From sequence record MK817115.1: a stretch of DNA of 64,000 nt. The stretch is one strand, 5' to 3'. The translations under genes and the position numbers were made by a program. Of this stretch, positions 63,946 to 64,000 are shown piece after piece (the first letter of the stretch is position 1; each line of letters opens with the position of its first letter). A model generated the notes under the pieces. It was not told the DNA's origin. It saw only the letters and a program-made list of their open reading frames with translations, and made no database searches.

Positions 63946-64000
63946 GCCAGTACTTGATGCTGGCTTTTCTTTTTTGTATTAAATATAGTATAATGAATAA
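63946..64000 (+). promoter_or_regulatory. terminator-promoter cassette, copy 3 (next gene lies beyond the window)
   Basis: Same cassette with one A>G change giving a U-G wobble in the stem. Confidence 0.85.

Noticed and set aside
1-64000. tRNA, rRNA, IS elements, integrase, introns
   Set aside because: No cloverleaf or T-loop signatures, transposase/recombinase motifs or intron-encoded ORFs were recognised by eye; tRNAscan-SE/Infernal was not run.

Overview
This is an AT-rich, gene-dense segment of a large lytic enterobacterial phage. It most resembles RaK2/GAP32/121Q/PBECO4/CBB/Munch-type jumbo myophages; this is inferred from gene style and was not searched. I see no tRNA, rRNA, CRISPR array, integrase or core replication/capsid gene. 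Layout: (1) 83-29.4 kb (-), about 50 divergent paralogs sharing an acidic-FQxS(T/L) motif, with one ART-fold candidate; (2) 29.4-35.6 kb (-), 28 tandem 66-104 aa paralogs with an LGT(N/D)xQE motif; (3) 35.8-54.1 kb (-), a compositionally distinct early/host-takeover region of small genes (protein kinase, GNAT, DksA/TraR Zn finger, H-NS-like protein) driven by about 25 copies of a sigma70-promoter + 5' stem-loop cassette, plus about 10 ORF-less promoters each followed by a CCC-ANN-GGG-TGC motif; (4) 54.1-56.0 kb, a non-coding region with convergent promoters, a strictly 8-bp-phased octamer array and a type I-E-like solitary repeat, probably a genome-end/terminal-repeat boundary; (5) 56.0-60.3 kb (-), about 18 tandem ~60 aa paralogs; (6) 60.4-64 kb (+), three RCC1/BLIP-II-like propeller genes with a shared MLPFARM(I/V)KYGN N-terminus, joined by a near-identical terminator-promoter-RBS cassette. 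The palindrome AGTACT is roughly 10-20x over-represented in the stretches counted by hand. All functional calls come from motif recognition by eye.
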